Assembly: GCA_030141605.1 (NCBI GenBank)
Contig: JAQGDQ010001501.1
Location: forward strand, 1-37,772
DNA length: 37,772 bases
Reading direction: 5' to 3'
Origin: Tubiluchus corallicola
Lineage: Eukaryota; Animalia; Priapulida
Shown here: piece after piece, positions 23,548-37,772 of the stretch
Layout: every line of letters starts with the position of its first letter
Position numbering within the stretch: position 1 is the first letter of the stretch
Translations under genes and position numbers: made by a program
The notes under the pieces: model-generated
Told to the model about the DNA's origin: nothing
Databases searched by the model: none
What the model saw: the letters and a program-made list of their open reading frames with translations, nothing else

Positions 23548-25193
23548 CAGTGCTGTTAATATCAACAATAATAGTCAGTAATAATATATTTAATTAGTAC
23601 TTAATAGGTATAATAATAATATATTATACGGTCATACGTATTTAATTATTAAGAGTTTGTTTCAGTCTACAACAAACTGTTTTTTATAATGCTGTCAGTT
23701 ACCTGGTTTCCTAAAATAATGACCTATAAGTCTCTCCAGTAAAAATTTTCAACATTAAAATTAACGTTACACGTATTATATGAGTCAGCTAAATAGCTCT
23801 CAAGTACAAGTGTTTTTTACGTTTTTGTAAAACCCGAGTTTATATAAAGTCTTGATTTGATCTGAGTTGATCAATTTATGTACAATCTGAAATTATTATT
23901 ATTTTTATTTATTATATTATCACATTCAGTACAATATAATGACATTAAGCACACAGTGACATCAAAATTATTACATCTGCTGTATTAAATTGTTATGTTT
24001 CATACACTATCGTTATCATAAAAGAATAATTGTACTGCAGTGGGCTAGAGAAGCAAAGAAAAAATCACATTTACATACTGCTGCATATTACTGTGATATG
24101 CAGAGCCCGAATATAAGATTGCAGTGTTATAATCACAACATAATATAATTAAAAACATAAGCTGTACTTGCATATACCTGATTACAATTGAACATAACTT
24201 ACTTTTTTCTAATGCTGTTAATCCGTTAACCAAAGCTACAACCAACAGTGTAAAACATGTAATGCAATACATCATCACTGATTACGTATAAGTTATTGAA
24301 ACTTCACACATTTGCACATTTGTGTGTGTCAATACTAATATAAAGTTCAAAGAAATGTAAACTGCTCACTAATGGTGGTGACTTGTCATGCATCCATCGT
24401 ACGTCTTTTTCGTGTTTAATTAACAACACGCGTGTTTACATTATTTTATAACACAGACCTCCAACCATCATCAGTGAATCCCAGATGGTACATGCCTCAC
24501 TTGTTTCTATGGGTTTGATTTCAAATTGAACATTTTAGGGGGATGTAACAGGCCGAGAGGTTACTGTGTTTGCTTAGTGACCAAAGTTAAACGATATCGA
24601 CAAAGTGACAAAAGTAACTAAATTGGTAACAGTTATGTTTAATGCTCATTCCATGTAGTTTCGTTTGCGATATTCCCTCAATGAGGGAGGGTCAGATAGT
24701 GTCTCGCCTTGGAGGTATTCTTAATGAATTCATTTAATGATCCTGTTATTAAATACAGGAATTAACCAGCCTTCAATAACTGATTTGTTATTTCATTCCT
24801 AGACACACAAGAATGTTCGCTTGTAAGAATTGCTTCTTCTTAGAAATATATTTGGAGGAAAAATTCACAGAAAGCTTTTTTTGGTTGGACATGAATGCAT
24901 ATATATATATATTATATATTTTATATTATAGATATAAAATTTACAAACGTCTATACACACAATTTCATTCAAGACTTCACAAAAATTAATTCATCCAGTT
25001 CTTCGTCTTTGTTGTCATTCTCCATTTTCTTACTGTTGCTGCCATGGATTTATTGTCAGGTAATGCCTTTGCCAGGTGATCTTTCATGCTTTAAAAGCCT
25101 CCGAGGTGACGTTTTGTGAATCCTTGATTTCATTAATTTCGGATATTTAAGACTCAGTTTTGGTGTCCTCGGAGAATGGAAATTCCATAGAAA

Positions 25194-33371
<8,178 letters not shown>

Positions 33372-34652
33372 CTAAAAATTAATGAGTAGAGAAGGTCACC
33401 TATAGCACGTGTTTTGCCTCCTCCTCCACCTCGGGCACACGTTTGCACATAGAGAAGCAAAACTCAAGTAGGGGACACTTTCCTCCCAGGGGACGGATTT
33501 CAAATCTAAGGGAAGCAATTTTAGCCAAGGAGGAACTCCAAATTGTTAGGTTTTAACGATGTGCCTTCTCTTTTCCGTGCTACATCCCACGAGCTTGTGT
33601 CGTACTGATTTAATTTACTATTAGTAAGATCTTATTTCTCTTACATCTGAGTAAGTTTGGATTTGTTTACCAAGTGGCTTCTTGGCAAATGTCTTGGCAT
33701 AACTCACTCATTAAAAAGATTTTTGTGCACATGGAGTTATCTACAAATCTGATTGCATGCCCTATCCTGGAAGGAAGTCGCCGATTTTTGGGCAGGCCCA
33801 GTCGACGAATGCTGGATTTCAGTTTGCAGAATGACTAGGCACAAAAAATATGATAATGATCGTTTTTAGCCTTTAACATTTTTTATCCTTCCGATTTTTT
33901 ATGTTTAAAAATCCAAAAACTGTGAAACACTCATTCCTTTTGTTCATGCTTACCTTGCTGAATTCATACATGGGTAGCTTTTGTCAAGATGAACCAGAAT
34001 GGGGGGGGGTCTAATGTCTGGGATTGTGGAATACTGCACACACAAGCTCTCGTACAAGTACGAAACAAGTGAAAAGTCAAATTAATAACTCAATGTTACA
34101 ATTTTAATTTAAATATTCATTTTGGATTACAGAAATTATTGTGAAATTAGTCAAAACTCTAAAATTCATTAGAGTTTAATTAGAGACAATAATTAGAGCT
34201 TTTGTCACAAGCAAGTGCAGCTGCTAGGATGGCAGAAGGTCTAGGTTCAGCTCCCAGTGGGTGCAAAACTTTTCCAGACCTTCTAATTTGCTATTGCTTT
34301 TACTTATTTTAAAGATTAATGAATGTACAAACAAACAGTTAATTGAATCTTGAAACCAAATTTTGAAAAATGGATGAAAAATGTTTTAGTCAAATTTTGA
34401 AAAGCAAATTTATAGGTTGGTATTGCAACGAAAATACTAAAGGTTGTGTCCTCGGATGGTTATGACTAGGGAAGATTTGCAAGTATAACCCAGCAATTAT
34501 CATAGATTTGTAATTCTCCAACTTTTAATAGGTGCAAACCAGAGTCGAAGGGTTTTTATAATGTTTGCAAAGGATAATGAAGGTTTTCTTAGTTATAATC
34601 CAATGCAGTTAACGTCAACAATAATAATCAGTAATAACATATTTAATTTATA

Positions 34653-34787
<135 letters not shown>

Positions 34788-35470
34788 TTTAGAATTCGCA
34801 AGAGGGCCACGGCATCCCGCAACGGACGTTTTCCCGGACCCGAGTCTCGATTTTATCGAAATTTTGGTCAAACAGCCTGCAGAAAAAACGTTCTAGCGGC
34901 GCCTGGTTGGACTCTCGGAAGGAGATATATAGCTCTTTAGAAAGAGGAAGAACAGGGCTATACGATGATGTAAGCTATATTTTAGTACACGTCCACCAAA
35001 AGGAGTGCCGACAAGTTAATTACATGTTCTATTTTTGGCAATTTTCGCTTGGAAAACTGCTGACGCAAAGCTATTGTTCTGACGTCATCCATTATACTCT
35101 GTCTATAACCTTATAGCTTTAATTCAGTAAAAGCTGCTGCTGCTGGCTTGGCATTAGATAAATAAACGAACACTAAGTAGGATGTTCGCGCATTTTTGAT
35201 TATAAGTGTATTTATACGCAATTTTTTGCGGGGCCTTTGCTATCAATTAATTAATTTATAATACGTTTACATATATCACTTGCTGACAGTGAACTTAATA
35301 CCTGTGGCTGAAATCAAATAGGCCTCTCATTTTTGGGCTTTATGTAGAGTTACGCCTGTATAATTTATAATGTTGTAATATGTTATTTCTCTTTCTCTCA
35401 TTCACTAACTCTTTCAATCTATTGATAGACATTTTTCCAAATTTATGTAACAGTCGTTAGAAATTGTACA

Positions 35471-35792
35471 CAGGGTCGTCTTAATGCATAGGTTCACGGG
35501 CAGTTGCTTATTATAGGGGCCCCAAACCTATCTATGCATGTCAGTATGTGATTAAATGTCTCTGTTGAAATATTTGTGTTTTTCGAGGCTGATGTTATGT
35601 TATGATGTTATGTTTATGTTGATTATTCTTTGTTGTGCAGCGTGTTTTTTAGTGTTTAAACACTGATTTTGTGGCAAGTACCGATACAATAAATTATGTT
35701 TAATTTTATCGACCCGTGAGTGGTTGTGTAGTTTAGAGGTCACAGCCCTCTGCTTTGCCAAGGGAATCTATAATGCTGTTAAGACGGCCCTG
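35471..35792. mobile_element. hAT-like MITE, 322 bp
   Basis: TIRs CAGGGTCGTCTTAA / TTAAGACGGCCCTG (1 mismatch). The 8-bp flanks ATTGTACA / ACTGCGCA match at only 5/8, so the TSD is decayed at best. Confidence 0.7.
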
Positions 35793-36454
35793 ACTGCGCA
35801 TGTGCAGTTCGGTTTTAGAGACGAAACCCAATTGGCATGCTCGGCAAAACTGAATAATCTGGCATGTTTTGGCTATTTTTGGTTCAATTTCTATTGTAGG
35901 CGTCAACTCTGGAACCTCTCTATGCTTTGTTGTAGCTTCTCTTCAATGTTAGAAACAATCAAACAATACAGAACAAACAACAAAGCCCTATTGTATCACA
36001 TTGTTTGTTGTAAACGTTAATTGAAAAGAGATGTGCGAACGTTTTATGTTGGACCAGCTCATGCTGAATGTTTAGCCTATACAAATTTTATTTTTGTAAA
36101 CGTAAACGACGGATTAATGTTGCCGAGCACAACAAAACAAATAATGCTTTGACCCAATAATAAACTACTGTACAGTGACGTAAGACTTGCCTGTCTTTGT
36201 CATAAAATAAATGTTCCTTTCTCATTCTGGCTAACTCTTATCTTTGATAAACATTACGATGAAAAACATGCCATAAACACATTGACCCTTGCACCTTGCT
36301 ATGGTATAGAATAGTTATTTCGTCAACATGTTATCACAGATAGCTTAGGGTGAATACACGTCTTCAAGAATTTGATCTGTTACCAAGCAGAACACATTTT
36401 CTAACATATAGTTGAATAAGCAAATAATATTACTCTTAGCAAAACAGTGTCATC

Positions 36455-37632
36455 ATGTATAATCGTGACCAAAGACTAGAATACAGAACTTGCGGTGAAA
36501 CAGAGCTTACAAAAGCCATTGCAGCTGGTGATTATAATAAAGCAATGAAGGAAATTAGCGCTCACAGAAATGAGGAATACTTGAACGAAGGACCAGACAC
36601 TACTCCCCACTTCACATGGTTCTTGGAAGTGGTCGTGAAAAGATAATTCATCTTCCTATGGCAAAGAGTTTAGTTGAACATGGAGCAAACTTAAACCTGA
36701 AACTTGACACACTCGATGAGTCTCCATTCCAGACGCTGCTTTCCTTATATCTAGACTGGGAATTGTATCATGTTGGTTCATTTCCCATTATTGGAGCAGA
36801 CTGGCAACAAATTCATCAAGAACAAATATATAAAGAACAAATAGAAACACTCATCCGGCTCTTCATCAGCTATGGGGCCGATGTTAATGCAAGTTGTAGA
36901 GGTAAAACTATTATTCACGCTCTTGTAGGTAAAACTCCATGTGAGACAAAGCTGTTGCGGTTACTATGTGAAGCGGGTGCAAACGTCAATGCACATTGCC
37001 ATGTTCATTTACCTTTATTGCGTGTTGAAAGCTATTGTGGTCCTCTGCATTTAAGCATGTATCGTGGAGATTTTACAACAGCAAGAGAATTGATCCACTA
37101 TGGTGCAAAGACAGGAATTAGAGCAATTTTTTATCAAAGCAGAAGGTTGGGATTAGGGATGGAATTTTCTCCTCTCATGTTCTTCCTCATCAGGCAAGGA
37201 CTTCTCTCGTATTGTGATCAAACTCAGAAATACAAACAGAAATATAATCACTTATCTTCACTAGTAGACAATGGTTTCTTTGATGATCCAAGCATTGAAA
37301 ATGAACTTAAGGAACAATTAGAATACTTTCCACAGTTTAGAATCTGTGCGGATATCCAAAATCTAGTTGGAAAACTGTATGGTAGTGCTACTAGTGACTT
37401 GCAGCAACTGTGTGTTAGAGAACTAGCAAAGAAAATTAGCTTTGATAATGATACATATTATAGTGTACATACAACCTACATGCAGTCTAAACTACAGCAA
37501 CTAGTTGTAGACTTACATTTGCCTACTACTCTTTTAAATAGGCTTTGTTTGGAAGCTTTCAAAATTCACATGCCCTCCGAACTTGTAAATATGCTTGACC
37601 ACCCAGATTCATTTTTTAATGACGTGATGTAA
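36455..37632 (+). CDS. Ankyrin repeat and SOCS box (ASB-like) protein, split by one frameshift (possible pseudogene or assembly error)
   Basis: Ankyrin motifs GETELTKAIAAGD, SPLHMVL...LVEHGANLN, FISYGADVN, LCEAGANVN and GPLHLSMYRGD...LIHYGA. C-terminal SDLQQLCVRELAKKI (BC-box-like) and LHLPTTLLNRL (Cul5-box-like). ORFs 36455-36646 and 36616-37632 overlap in different frames. Confidence 0.85.
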
Positions 37633-37772
37633 TATGTAATTATAATATGTAATTTGTAAACGGTTACTATACTTTTATTTTGTTAAAATGGGTGTAATCA
37701 TGGTATGGCCTGCATGTTGAGTCAAATATAAAAAAATTTGCAGTCCAGTAATCATCGGGCAACCCTACCTTG

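Larger units (their letters stand above)
17930..23600. repeat. Local segmental duplication of about 30228-34650 (5' part of the IR locus)
   Basis: 17930-19818 is near-identical to 30228-31947 apart from indels. 19850-23600 is clearly more diverged but colinear in exons and parts of introns with 31225-34650. Confidence 0.92.

Noticed and set aside
36574-36615. Programmed -1 ribosomal frameshift in the ASB-like gene
   Set aside because: No slippery heptamer or evident stimulatory structure; a simple indel is more parsimonious.

Overview
AT-rich, intron-containing animal genomic DNA, most likely a protostome invertebrate because it carries a variant ionotropic receptor (IR) gene. It is not prokaryotic and contains no CRISPR array, rRNA or intact tRNA. 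In order: (1) three phase-compatible + strand exons of an unidentified coiled-coil protein gene (153-199, 2500-2613, 6158-6384), with several unrelated minisatellites in its introns and 3' flank; (2) a - strand zinc-finger gene (about 636 aa) with ten N-terminal/central fingers and a C-terminal Ikaros/Hunchback-type dimerisation finger pair, and a TA-flanked MITE 15 nt past its stop; (3) a truncated, mosaic IR duplicate (about 17.9-23.6 kb) holding only N-terminal exons, two of them present twice; (4) a divergent IR gene with 12 reconstructed coding exons (25194-33371; first/signal-peptide exon unresolved); (5) a + strand ankyrin-repeat/SOCS-box gene with no intron in its coding region, split by a single frameshift (36455-37632). 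Several non-autonomous DNA transposons and microsatellites are interspersed. I found no wholly new biological system. The most notable items are the unusual Ikaros-like finger architecture, the two-age IR duplicate, the IR's altered ligand-pocket and pore residues, and the frameshifted ASB-like gene. Gene models were spliced by hand from GT/AG signals and phase matching, without expression data.
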